A stretch of DNA of 64,000 nucleotides from NCBI GenBank assembly GCA_963702095.1, contig OY969706.1, positions 1,504,001 to 1,568,000 of the forward strand, given 5' to 3'. A program made the position numbers and the translations under genes. The stretch comes from Candidatus Bathyarchaeota archaeon (GTDB taxonomy: Archaea > Thermoproteota > Bathyarchaeia > Bathyarchaeales > Bathycorpusculaceae). This document shows, in pieces, positions 21,089 through 30,866 of the stretch (positions within the stretch are counted from its first letter, which is position 1; the number at the start of each line of letters is the position of its first letter). The notes beneath the pieces are model-generated. The model saw nothing but the letters and a program-made list of their open reading frames with translations. It ran no database searches and was not told the DNA's origin.

Positions 21089-21508
21089 TTATGAGATGTA
21101 TTTCTGCTTTTTTTGGTTTTGTGGGGTTGGTTGCTCAGGTAGGACAGGGGTTTGCTTTTTGAATGGGTCCGGGTTGAGGTTGGTTTGTTCGACGAGTTTT
21201 CTGAAGATGATTTCTGCGACTTGGTCTCCGACTGCGTCTTCTTTTAATTCTGAGTTGAAGGCGTGTTTTTTGAAGGATTCGACGATTTCGTTTTTGTCGA
21301 TGACTACGTTGGGGTTTGTTACGTCTGTCCATGCTGCGGTCATGACTTTGTGTCCGAGTTCTAGGAAGATGTTGATCATTGTGGTGTAGTCTATGTCTAG
21401 GGGGGTGTCTCCTGTTAAGAAGCGTCCTTTTGTCAGTAGGATTTTTTTGTCGTTTTCTGGTGTTACTGTTATGCTTCTTCGCATTCTTTTCACCGATGTT
21501 GCGTGCAC
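21089..21508 (-). CDS. Hypothetical protein heading the grpE-dnaK operon; possible ribbon-helix-helix regulator
   Basis: 17 bp from grpE; AGGTGA SD upstream; N-terminal RRSITV strand followed by two predicted helices. Confidence 0.6.
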   Translation of the reverse strand: MHATSVKRMRRSITVTPENDKKILLTKGRFLTGDTPLDIDYTTMINIFLELGHKVMTAAWTDVTNPNVVIDKNEIVESFKKHAFNSELKEDAVGDQVAEIIFRKLVEQTNLNPDPFKKQTPVLPEQPTPQNQKKQKYIS

Positions 21509-21557
21509 AACTGCACCGCTTCACCTACTGCACACCTGTGCAGGCTTGCTTATAAAT
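21503..21557 (-). promoter_or_regulatory. TATA box with two TGCA-based inverted repeats (candidate operators)
   Basis: Minus-strand TTTATAAG about 21556-21549; CTGCACA-CC-TGTGCAG at 21528-21543; GTGCA-CAAC-TGCAC at 21503-21516. Confidence 0.6.
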
Positions 21558-22031
21558 ATTCTGCAAACAAAAAACAATCCGAACATGCCAGACAAACAAA
21601 CATAAGAGCGCCCCACTAAACTGGATAAAGATTGCTGCCACCCCAAATTTCCTTTTCCATTGAAAGCAGCGTATTAGAATTCCTCATCTTGCATGCTTCC
21701 ACATCCACAAGCTGCGACTGTAACATAGAAGCATGTTGGGCGTGTGGAAGAAATCGCTTATGCCACACCGAAACAGACGTTTAGGCGCAATGCAGCAGCC
21801 AAAAGCAACGTTTACATCAAGCAATCTTGTGATGCCCCATAAACTGCCAAACCCATAAAGAGAGAAGAAGATAACAAGAACCTAAAACCGAACATAGAAA
21901 CATGCCAATGGCTAAGTTCAGGAAACACATAAGAATCCAACATCAACTATACCATGATACACGTCCGAAATGGGTCTTCTATCGACTTTCTCCACAACCC
22001 ATTTAACTGTCCAAACGGATTTTTAACCGAA

Positions 22032-23192
22032 ATGACCACCTCCCAATTGCCATCAACGCCAAAAACGAAATCTACGAGTTCTGCCAAACAATACCTAAAG
22101 ATTGCTATTCAAGTCGTATTCGTCATTGCCCTTGGAGCTGCGTTGTTCTGGTACATCGGAACTACAGTGCCTGCTGACTTCAACCCTGGTGAACCAACAA
22201 TCATAAGAGGTGTACATTACCTCTTCAACACCATAATCACTCTAAACATAGGCTACTTGATTTTAGCGTTTGTAATGTACTTCGGCATAAACGTCTTCTT
22301 TACCATCCGGCTCAGGCGAGTTTTAGCTAAAGACAACATCAAAACCTCCTTCGGCAAAACCCTACTCGCCCAATACGCAGGCATGCTCACAAGCGACGTC
22401 ACTCCCGGACGCTCAGGATACATCTTAACCCCCGTTTACCTAAGAGACCAAAATATCCCCTCTTCAAAGAGTCTCTCCAGTGTACTGGGAATACAAACCA
22501 TAGAGTTCATGGTTAAAGTCATAGGCGGCTTAGGAGCAGTAATCTATTTAGTCACCTTTGTGCCTGCCGCAACATGGAATGAGGTGTTCAAGCAAACAAT
22601 AATGGGAGTTAACATCGGCTTATTGCTTGCCATCGTAGGAATTGTCTTGATGCTCACAGGCGCGATATTGCTGGCAGCTTTCACATGGTCAGAACGCGCC
22701 ATCTCCTTGTTTGACCGCATCGCAAAATCCCGCTTCCTCAAAAGATTCACCGGCGGCTTAATGGGCAAACTTGAAGAATACAAAGACAGTTCCCACCACA
22801 CTCAACGGGCAATCCCCGAAATCATCGCCCTAACCATGGCGTGCTGGGTACTCAAAGGGTTCGAATGGTACTTCTTAGGGTTAGCCTTAGGAATCACAAA
22901 CGTGCCATGGATAGCTTTCTTCCTGATTCACCCACTGGTGACCGCGTTGGCGTTTATCCCCATAACTCCCGCAGGAATCGGCGTTCAAGAATTCGGCATC
23001 ATCGGCATCCTTGGACTCTTAGGTGTCCCCCTGGCTTTAGCAGCAGTGTTTGCACTACTTGCCCGCGGCTTACTTATAATCGAAGACCTCGTTGGGCTTC
23101 CGCAGATCGTTAAATCTACAAGCCTCATTTTTTCACGCGGCAAAAAACCCGCCGAACCTCCCGCGCCCCCAATGCAGACGCCTACCCTCTAA
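22032..23192 (+). CDS. UPF0104 / lysylphosphatidylglycerol synthase TM-region (flippase-like) membrane protein
   Basis: SDVTPGRSG, IPITPAGIGVQE, multiple TM helices. Confidence 0.85.
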   Translation: MTTSQLPSTPKTKSTSSAKQYLKIAIQVVFVIALGAALFWYIGTTVPADFNPGEPTIIRGVHYLFNTIITLNIGYLILAFVMYFGINVFFTIRLRRVLAKDNIKTSFGKTLLAQYAGMLTSDVTPGRSGYILTPVYLRDQNIPSSKSLSSVLGIQTIEFMVKVIGGLGAVIYLVTFVPAATWNEVFKQTIMGVNIGLLLAIVGIVLMLTGAILLAAFTWSERAISLFDRIAKSRFLKRFTGGLMGKLEEYKDSSHHTQRAIPEIIALTMACWVLKGFEWYFLGLALGITNVPWIAFFLIHPLVTALAFIPITPAGIGVQEFGIIGILGLLGVPLALAAVFALLARGLLIIEDLVGLPQIVKSTSLIFSRGKKPAEPPAPPMQTPTL

Positions 23193-23240
23193 AAGTTAAC
23201 GTTCATAAATTTCATGCAACCATTAATTTTGGGATATTGG

Positions 23241-23732
23241 TTGTCTGCGTTTCTGATACATGAAGCCACTGCCGCTGATTTGCCAAGGATAAGAGAAATC
23301 ATAGCCTTATCATTTCCCTACTTCGGTGTGTTCGCCGACCACAGCGTATCTAACCTATCGGAGCCGGTGCTGGTAAGTGAAGCCGACGGAGTGGTAATGG
23401 GTTTTGTGAAGCTCACAGAATTCAAAGTTGGCGATGTAAAATGCGGCTGTATCTTGTGGATTGCCGTTCACCCCCTATATCGGCGCAAGGGAGTTGCCTT
23501 GGGCTTAACCTGTCAGGGCGTCAGGTGCCTCAAGGCGTCTGGGGCACAATTGATTTTTGCTTCGACACAGCAAAGAAACGTTGGGGCCAGAACTACTTTG
23601 AGCAAGGCAGGGTTTATACAGGTGGGTTTTTTGGGTTTGATGCGGCTTTTTGGTTGGCGCGTTTTTAATTTCTATCGGGAAATGTGGTATGCTCCCGGCG
23701 AGATTATTTTGTTGCACGGGGTTTATTGTTGA
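23241..23732 (+). CDS. GNAT-family acetyltransferase
   Basis: IAVHPLYRRKGVA acetyl-CoA motif; N..A...LSKAGF. Confidence 0.85.
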   Translation: MSAFLIHEATAADLPRIREIIALSFPYFGVFADHSVSNLSEPVLVSEADGVVMGFVKLTEFKVGDVKCGCILWIAVHPLYRRKGVALGLTCQGVRCLKASGAQLIFASTQQRNVGARTTLSKAGFIQVGFLGLMRLFGWRVFNFYREMWYAPGEIILLHGVYC

Positions 23733-23851
23733 TGTGTATTTCAGGTCTGTATGGTAGATCCGAATTCAGAAATATTTATTTAGTAAGACATAATACACAC
23801 TACGTATTCCCCGGTTTTCCGTGGAAATTGAACGAATGAGAGATTGAGAGC

Positions 23852-24124
23852 ATGAGTAAAAAACGGGTCAAAGTAGACTCTGGATCTGATGTAGTTGAGC
23901 CAAAGTCTGATTCGGCTGAGCCCTACTTCTATGTGGGTTTGGTGTTGAAGGGAACTGAAAAGCAGTATGTGAATTTGTTAAAGTATGTTAGTAGCCGCAA
24001 TGGTTCTAGGATTATCTATCAATGTAAGTCTTTGACTTATCTGCGTGTTTCCCGTGAGGACCAAGCGAGACTTAAGGCGGTTGTTGCTTGTCCGGATGAG
24101 TTAGCGGTTTCGGAGGAGCGCTAG
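23852..24124 (+). CDS. Hypothetical protein
   Basis: ATG-started ORF abutting the pilin-like gene. Confidence 0.6.
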   Translation: MSKKRVKVDSGSDVVEPKSDSAEPYFYVGLVLKGTEKQYVNLLKYVSSRNGSRIIYQCKSLTYLRVSREDQARLKAVVACPDELAVSEER

Positions 24125-24622
24125 ATGTGTTGCTCGCTTCTGCGGCATTTGACTTTTCGGCGTTTTCTGCGTAACACTAAAGCGTTAGGCGCCCCTGTTG
24201 GCAACCTTATCATACTTATCGCGGCAGTCGCGCTTTCAACCACCGTCGTGCTGTTTGCTTTCAACGTCACATCCAACCAAGTTCAAAAAGAGAGTCTCTA
24301 CATTGCAGGGTCAACTTTGGACCCGGAAAAAGCAGTCATAAGCGTCGTAAATACGGGTCCCACCTCGATTCGGATTTCTCAAATAACCATTAAAGGCGAC
24401 CGCTTCAGCGACGGCAACTTTACCAGTTCACCCGACATCTCTGCAGGCCTTCCAAAAGGCGACTCAGCAACCATAACGGTAACGTTGACTTCAGACGAAC
24501 TAATCACCATAAACGACGTAGGCCGACCCATCACCATAGTGGTTTCAACAACCCAAGCAACATACCTCACCGAAACCCTAGTGCAAACCACAGAAGCAGA
24601 ACCGCCCGCACAAGAACCCTAA
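24125..24622 (+). CDS. Type IV pilin/archaellin-like protein with class III signal peptide
   Basis: Basic leader RRFLRNTKA/LGAPVGNLIILIAAVALSTTVVLF; beta-rich head with VVNTG..SI.I..I.IKG. Confidence 0.7.
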   Translation: MCCSLLRHLTFRRFLRNTKALGAPVGNLIILIAAVALSTTVVLFAFNVTSNQVQKESLYIAGSTLDPEKAVISVVNTGPTSIRISQITIKGDRFSDGNFTSSPDISAGLPKGDSATITVTLTSDELITINDVGRPITIVVSTTQATYLTETLVQTTEAEPPAQEP

Positions 24623-24696
24623 ACCGAAAACCGCCAAAAAGCCACTCAACTTCAAAATCTTCCTACCTTTTCGATTCTGCACTGTGGGGCAATGGG

Positions 24697-24817
24697 TTTT
24701 TTCTCTTTGTGTGGGTGTGGTGTGGCGGTTTGTGGGGTGCCGCAAGATGGCGGTTGGGGGCGTTTGTGTTTTGGGGTTGCAACGTTTTTCTTTGTCTGTT
24801 TTGGTGTGGGAAGTGCG
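24697..24817 (-). repeat. Possible highly degenerate copy F of the 128-bp element
   Basis: TTGGGGGCGTTTGTGTTTTG matches copy E (TTGGTGGGCGGTTGTGTTTTG); a hairpin and TTTTTCT lie at equivalent positions. Confidence 0.4.
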
Positions 24818-24824
24818 TTTTCTT

Positions 24825-26942
24825 TCACATTCGGTGCATGGTTATATGTTGAAGCCTTCTCGGTGTGTATGTGAATGCATGATGAATCTGATTACGCCCC
24901 GTTAGATTACTCAGAGATTTTCGGCGGCAGATACGCTGTATTTGGCTGTAGGTTGCTTTACGGTTTATTTTGGGGGTGGGTAAACGTACCGTGAAGGTGG
25001 TGCCTTTGCCCTGTTGGCTTTCAAAGGTTATGGTGCCGCCTAAGGATTCAGTCATGCGTTTAACCACTGGCAAACCAAAGCCTTGCCCCTTGGATTTAGT
25101 TGTAAACATGAGGGTGAACATTTTACCTTTTACTTCTTCAGGGATGCCCACACCGGTATCTCCCACGGATAGGACTGTGTCGCCTGCTTGTTTGTACGCT
25201 TGTATAGTTAATTCGCCTCCATTAGGCATAGCTTGAACCGCGTTAGTAACCAAATTGTACAGAATGCGGTTAAGGTAATAGGAGTCCGCAGTGATTTTCG
25301 CTGCTTCATCGTCAACCCAAACGTTTACTGCTATGTTTTCTGGCAGGTTCTTTTCGAAGAGTTTCGCAACAATCTCCCGTAAATCACTCTGCTCTTCCTT
25401 AGGGTTAAGCGGTCTAGCGTAGTCTTGAAGGTCCTGCACTATTTTGTTGATGTAATCGATGTTTTTTTCAATTTCCCGCAAACTCTCAAACGCGTTTTTC
25501 TTCTCATCACTGTCTGGAATGGAATCCAATTCACTCATAGCTAAGAAAACATCGCTGACAATTGCCTGCAACGGATTACGAATGTCATGCCCAACCATGC
25601 CTGCTGTGGCGCCAATAGCTGCTAACCGCTCCTTATCATATAGTTGCTTTTCTAGATTCTTGCGGTCAGTAATGTCTCTGGCGGCTGCAAAAACACCTTT
25701 AACTTCTCCTTTGTCATCGTAATAGATGCTTGCGTTGTAGAGAACATCAGCGATATTCCCCGATTTAGCCCTAATGGATAACGAGTAATCTTTAACAAAA
25801 CCTTCAGTAAAGACCATCTTATAACCCGCCTCCGCCTTTGCTTTGTTAGTAAAATAGTCCGAGAAGTCACTTCCAACCAATTCTGCCCTAGAACGACCAG
25901 TTATTGATTCAGTGGCTTTGTTAACATCTGTAATTTTGCCCTCGGAATTTATGGTTACTAACGGGTCAAGACTTGCCTCAATTAGGTTCCGAGCATAAAT
26001 TTCACTATTCACCAATTTCTCGGTTCGTTCCTTAACAAGCTCTTCCATTCGGCAGGCATACTCTTCAACTTCCGCAGCTTTCTCCTCAAGCTTAACCTGG
26101 GTTTTTTCCAGCTGCAGAGTACGCTCTTTTAGTTCTTCTTCAGTTTTCTTTAGCGCGGTTATATCGACAAACGCTGAGAGGCACCCGCGAACCTTCCCTT
26201 CATCATCCAATAACGGTTTGGCGCTGCCGAGTATTGCCCTTTTTCTACCGCTTGGCGTTAGAACCTCCAGTTCAGAATTTTTGATTTCCTTATTTTTTGC
26301 TGCAGCTTCCTGCATTGGCAGCTCTTGTGGCAATAGTTCTTTTCCGTTTCTGAAAAAGCGGCGAGTAACGTCTTGTTCTTTGCCGCTGGCGGGTCCAGCA
26401 GAAACGTTTTCTCCGCCAACTGCTTCATAGAAGGGGTTAGCTGTCTGGTTTCCAACAATGACTTTGCATTTCTAGGTCATTGGATACCCAAACAGCCGCT
26501 GGGATAATGTCCATGAGTTTTTGGAGTTCTTCGGCACGGTGGCGGGCTTGTTCTTCGCTTTGTTTAAGGGCTTGCTCTGCTTTCTTTTGTTCAGTGATAT
26601 CTCTGCCTATTCCGATTACGATTTGTTTTTCTACAAGAGGATGAGAATTCCAAGATATCCATCTGTAAGCGCCATTTTTGCATCTATAGCGGTTTTCAAA
26701 GCGGACTGCATTTTTGCCTTCAACGTTGCTTTGCGCTTCTTTTGCAGAAGCTGCACGGTCGTTGGGGTGAAGAAAATCCATGAATGATTTGCCGAGGACT
26801 TCTTCGTTTTTCCAACCAAGCAGTCTCTCAAAAGAAGGGCTAACCTGCACGAAAAGATTATCAAATCCGACAATGACAAGTAAATCCATAGAATACTCTA
26901 AAAAAGTTCGCTTGCTTCATTCGGCAAAGAAGCATGGTTCAT
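24825..26942 (-). CDS. Multi-PAS sensor histidine kinase, with frameshifts near 26905 and 26470
   Basis: Three PAS/PAC units, coiled coil, GHDIRNPL H-box, NLVTNAVQA, DTGVGI, FTTK..GQGFGL; single-base corrections join the fragments. Confidence 0.85.
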
Positions 26943-27136
26943 GCGAGATGCCTTGTACTTTCATTAACGTGGACAAGAAATAAGTCTTTCTTATTTCGCC
27001 GAGGGTTTATCAGGTCGGGAAAACAGAAATTAGTGCAAGCGGTTGTGCGGTGCTCTCATTCTAAAAACGCTTACAAAAAACGGTCTAACATAGAATGTTA
27101 CTGAAAAAGCGAATTTAAATAATCTAAGTTAGAAAT

Positions 27137-27292
27137 TGGTCGGGAGAGCAGGATTTGAACCTGCGACGGCTCGGTATCTGTGGCACTAGACAGGCTAGAA
27201 TGAAGCCCACCATGGGTAGACCTCTACAGCTTCTCCGTCCAGTGGCGTCTGCCAATGGGCTCGAGAGCTCTGCCAGGCTGAGCTACCTCCCG
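27137..27292 (-). tRNA. tRNA-Tyr(GTA) with two introns (31 nt at 30/31, 27231-27261; 48 nt at 37/38, 27176-27223)
   Basis: Splices to a 77-nt cloverleaf: CGGGAGG/TCTCCCG acceptor (C1:G72, A73), CTCGG/CCGAG anticodon stem, GGTTCAAATCC, encoded CCA; both junctions form BHB motifs. Confidence 0.92.
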
Positions 27293-27416
27293 ACACAGAA
27301 ACCATAAAGACAATGAGTAAGAATTTATGTGTTTTGGAAAAGTACATTGCATAGGTGACATACTAAACGTTTTAATCTGTTAGGCAGAGTGAAATTAACC
27401 TTAGAGGCGCATATTA

Positions 27417-28382
27417 TTGGCTAAGACTATCGGTATTGTTACGTCAGGCGGAGACGCCCCCGGCATGAACGCAGCCATCCGCGGAGTCACAAGAGTTGGA
27501 CACTCAAAAGGCTTCAACATAATCGGATTCGAACGCGGCTGGGACGGACTGTTAACCAACACTTTCAAGCATCTGGGCCCCAGAAACGTCGGCGGCATCA
27601 TCCAAGTCGGCGGCACCATGCTCCACACCCTACGCTGCCCCGCCTTTGAAGAACCAGCCAGCATCGACGTTGCTGCGGAAACCCTGCGGCAAAACAACGT
27701 GGACGCCTTGGTGGTTATCGGCGGCGACGGTTCCTTTAGGGGCGCACTGGATTTGCACAAGCATTCCGGCGTATCCGTCATGGGTATCCCAGCAACCATC
27801 GACAACGACGTGTATGGCACCGACGAAACCATAGGCTTTGACACAGCAGTCAACACCGCAGTAGGTGCCATCGACAAAATCCGTGACACAGCCATAAGCC
27901 ACGAACGCGTATTCATCGTGGAGGTCATGGGCCGAAAAAGAGGCTTCCTTGCATTGCAAGTCGGGATCTGTGTGGGTGCAGAAGTGATTTTGATACCTGA
28001 GAACCCCATGACAACCTGCGATGTCATCAAGGTTATGGAGGAGAATAGCAGAAAAGGCAAACGCGCCGGCATAATCGTGATGGCGGAGGGTTTTGGAGAT
28101 TCAAGCAAGCTTGCAGCGGATATGCAGCGGCAAACCGCATCGGAGGTGCGTCTCTCCATCATAGGTTACTCGCAACGCGGCGGCAGCCCAACAGCCAGAA
28201 GCCGCTTGCTCGCCAGCCTGTTTGCGGAGCACGCGGTGGATTTGATCAGCCAAGGCAAAGACAACATGGCGGTTGGTTTACAGAACGGCAAAGTAACCCA
28301 CATTCCTCTTGAAGAGTCCGCGCATGGCAAAAAAACCTTGGATCTGCGGATGCTGAAAATAGCAGAGATGCTTGCGATTTAA
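27417..28382 (+). CDS. pfkA: ATP-dependent 6-phosphofructokinase (PfkA family)
   Basis: TSGGDAPGMNAAIR, GGDGS, PATIDND, IGFDTA, EVMGR, QRGG. Confidence 0.95.
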   Translation: MAKTIGIVTSGGDAPGMNAAIRGVTRVGHSKGFNIIGFERGWDGLLTNTFKHLGPRNVGGIIQVGGTMLHTLRCPAFEEPASIDVAAETLRQNNVDALVVIGGDGSFRGALDLHKHSGVSVMGIPATIDNDVYGTDETIGFDTAVNTAVGAIDKIRDTAISHERVFIVEVMGRKRGFLALQVGICVGAEVILIPENPMTTCDVIKVMEENSRKGKRAGIIVMAEGFGDSSKLAADMQRQTASEVRLSIIGYSQRGGSPTARSRLLASLFAEHAVDLISQGKDNMAVGLQNGKVTHIPLEESAHGKKTLDLRMLKIAEMLAI

Positions 28383-29509
28383 CCTTCAATTGTTTTCTTT
28401 TTTATCTTTGCCGCGAGGTAAATGCCGGATGCGGCTCCAATTAGCGGAAGTAGCGGCCAAAGCTGTAACTCTGGCACTGTCGGCGACGGGTTTGGTCCAG
28501 AGTAGTCGGCGGGGATATATTGTGCGTTTATTTCAAAGAAGCCTTCGTTTGACTGTGCTAAGCCGCCGACAACATAAATTGTGTCGTCTAGAACGGTTGC
28601 TGAGAGGTATTCGATGATCCAGTCATGGGTTGTCGGGAAAGGCTCACCGGAGCTCCACTGATCTGTTTTTGGGTCATAAATTTGGGTAGCATTCGTAATG
28701 TAGTTTGCTGTTCTGCCGCCTATGACGTAGATTCGGGGTTCTGCGTAGGCGCCGGTTGTTGCAACAGCGGGTGCACCAGAAACAATTATGGGCAGACCCG
28801 CGCCTGTGTGCCACTTGTTGGTTTGGACGTTGAAAATTTGGTTTGCTGCGATGCTGCCGCCCGTAACATAGATTTTACCATCCAACGCCGCAGAGGAGTA
28901 ACCGTGAACTTTGGTAGGAATCGACGCTGCGGTGCTCCATGTGTCTGTTTGGGGATCATACACTTCGGTGACATCAGTGTATTTGGGTGCAGGCGGGCTA
29001 TTCTCTGCCAATCCACTAACAACATAGATTTTGCCATCAACAACGTTTGCAGCTATAGAGGACCGTGGGGTTGGCATGGCGGCTTTGGTGGTCCAAGAGT
29101 CGGTTGCGGCGTCATACATCTGGTTTGTTTGGCTGATGATTATACTGTATGTGGTGTCTTCGTTGTGGTCGTAGACTGTGCCGCCGATGACGTAAACCTT
29201 GTCTCCGCATGCGGCGAGGGCGTAGTGGACTCTTCCTTCGGCATCTGCATCGGTTAGGGGCATCGGGGTCTTCTTGGTCCAACTGTCCGCTGCAGGGTCG
29301 TAGACGTAGGTTAAAGCGGAGTCGCCGTTGTTGCCAAAAGCGTAGATTTTGCTGTCCACTGTAGCTAAGCCGAAGATGTTCATGGATTCGGGGATAGCGG
29401 CTCTTAGTACCCAGTAGTCGCCCTCAGCCGCAGCAGGCGAAATGGTTGAACTGCAAGAAATCGCCAGGACCATGAGGCAAATGAATGCAAGAGTACCGCG
29501 TTTACTCAT
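28379..29509 (-). CDS. Secreted Kelch-repeat protein with PEF-CTERM-like anchor
   Basis: Signal peptide; repeated KIYV.GG...YDP..D.W; VPEL + TM + KIKKK. Confidence 0.88.
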   Translation of the reverse strand: MSKRGTLAFICLMVLAISCSSTISPAAAEGDYWVLRAAIPESMNIFGLATVDSKIYAFGNNGDSALTYVYDPAADSWTKKTPMPLTDADAEGRVHYALAACGDKVYVIGGTVYDHNEDTTYSIIISQTNQMYDAATDSWTTKAAMPTPRSSIAANVVDGKIYVVSGLAENSPPAPKYTDVTEVYDPQTDTWSTAASIPTKVHGYSSAALDGKIYVTGGSIAANQIFNVQTNKWHTGAGLPIIVSGAPAVATTGAYAEPRIYVIGGRTANYITNATQIYDPKTDQWSSGEPFPTTHDWIIEYLSATVLDDTIYVVGGLAQSNEGFFEINAQYIPADYSGPNPSPTVPELQLWPLLPLIGAASGIYLAAKIKKKTIEG

Positions 29510-29573
29510 CTTCCATCCAATAGGAAAGAGGCTCTTATCGCTTTTAGTTTTATCGAAATAAAAAGGTTATTGG

Positions 29574-30812
29574 CTAAAGCATTGACTCATATATTTTGAT
29601 TGTTTGCTCAGCCACTTTCCGCCAGGTAAAGTACTCCAGCACCCGCTGCCGCCCGTTTTCTCCCCAACTCCTCGCCAAATCAGGCTGCTGGAGCGCTTGT
29701 TTGATGCCCCATGCGATGTCTGCGGGGTCTTCGCCGTTGACGTGCACGCCAGTTTGGTCTGAGCCTCCGTTAATCACCTGCTCTTTGAAGCCCACTACGC
29801 CTCGGGCGCCGACAACGATGGGTTTAGCCATAGCCATCGCTTCTAAACTGACGATGCCAAAGGGCTCGTAGATGGAGGGGAAAATGCAGAGGTCCGCTGC
29901 TGCGTAGTGGAGGATGCGTTCTTCTTCGTTGACGAAGTCGAAGCGGTAAACCACGTTGTTTTTTATGTTGAGGCGTTCAGCGGTTTCTGCGATGTCGTTT
30001 TGTTCTTCGCCTTTGCCTAAAATTACCAGTTTAGTGTTAGGGTACTCTTTTAGCACCAGTGGCATCGCCTGCAAGAGGTTGCGCACGCCCTTAACCCATG
30101 CCAGTCGCCCCACAAACAGCAGCATATTCCACCCCTCTGGGATGCCATATTTTATTCTGATCTGTTTAACGTCTTCCGCCTTGATTTTTGAGGGGTCATA
30201 GCGGTCTGGGTCCACGCCGTTCCACACAACGCTGATCTTGCCCGGTGACCAACCGTGCCTGGTGAGGTCTTCTTGCATGGCGTAGCTTACGGTTAAGATT
30301 TTGTCTGAGTTCTGCGCCATCGCCCGTTCCAAATGCGAAACCACCTCTGAGCCTGCTCCGCCGCTTCTACCCCACTCGGTGCTATGCACGTGGAAGGCAA
30401 CGGGGATTTTAGTCTCGTTTTTGACTACGAGCCCAGCTATGCTGCTTAGCCAGTCATGCACACAGACCACGTCGAAGTTGTATTTTTCTTTGCGGATAAG
30501 GCTGTTGATGAATTTGGTTGCTGAGAGGATGTTGTAGATGAAGATGTCGTTGAAGAGTTTGATGTTGGTGCCCCATTTTTTGAGGTCGTCAGCTACGAAG
30601 TAGGGCCAGACGTTGCTGGCGTCGGCGATGAGGGGGCGGTGGATTTCGACGCCGCGAAGGATCTCGTATGTTTGGAGGTTGCTGTTGTTTAAGGTGAAAA
30701 CTGAGACGTCATGGCCTAAATCAACGTATTCTCGGGTCATGTATTCAGCGTAGGTTCCTAATCCGCCGACCATAGCTGGCGGGTACTCGTAAACAAAAAA
30801 GCCTATTCTCAC
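29574..30812 (-). CDS. GT4 glycosyltransferase (glycogen synthase-like)
   Basis: EYPP..VGGLG, HDW, FVGRL..VKG, EPFGIVSLEAMA. Confidence 0.9.
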   Translation of the reverse strand: MRIGFFVYEYPPAMVGGLGTYAEYMTREYVDLGHDVSVFTLNNSNLQTYEILRGVEIHRPLIADASNVWPYFVADDLKKWGTNIKLFNDIFIYNILSATKFINSLIRKEKYNFDVVCVHDWLSSIAGLVVKNETKIPVAFHVHSTEWGRSGGAGSEVVSHLERAMAQNSDKILTVSYAMQEDLTRHGWSPGKISVVWNGVDPDRYDPSKIKAEDVKQIRIKYGIPEGWNMLLFVGRLAWVKGVRNLLQAMPLVLKEYPNTKLVILGKGEEQNDIAETAERLNIKNNVVYRFDFVNEEERILHYAAADLCIFPSIYEPFGIVSLEAMAMAKPIVVGARGVVGFKEQVINGGSDQTGVHVNGEDPADIAWGIKQALQQPDLARSWGENGRQRVLEYFTWRKVAEQTIKIYESML

Positions 30813-30866
30813 AAAGGTCGCCTACAGAGTTTATCCCTTGGATGCTATTTATACTTTAAGTGTCGC

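Noticed and set aside
21690-21750. Alternative pairings CATGCTTC/GAAGCATG and CTTCCACA/TGTGGAAG as an RNA switch
   Set aside because: Lies upstream of both flanking promoters; the arms are short and there is no evidence of transcription.
24825-27137. Integrated element at the tRNA-Tyr 3' end
   Set aside because: No integrase and no duplicated tRNA 3' (att) sequence seen.
27401-28162. Long antisense ORFs (e.g. opposite pfkA, dnaK, Kelch genes)
   Set aside because: Shadow frames of well-supported genes with no recognisable motifs.
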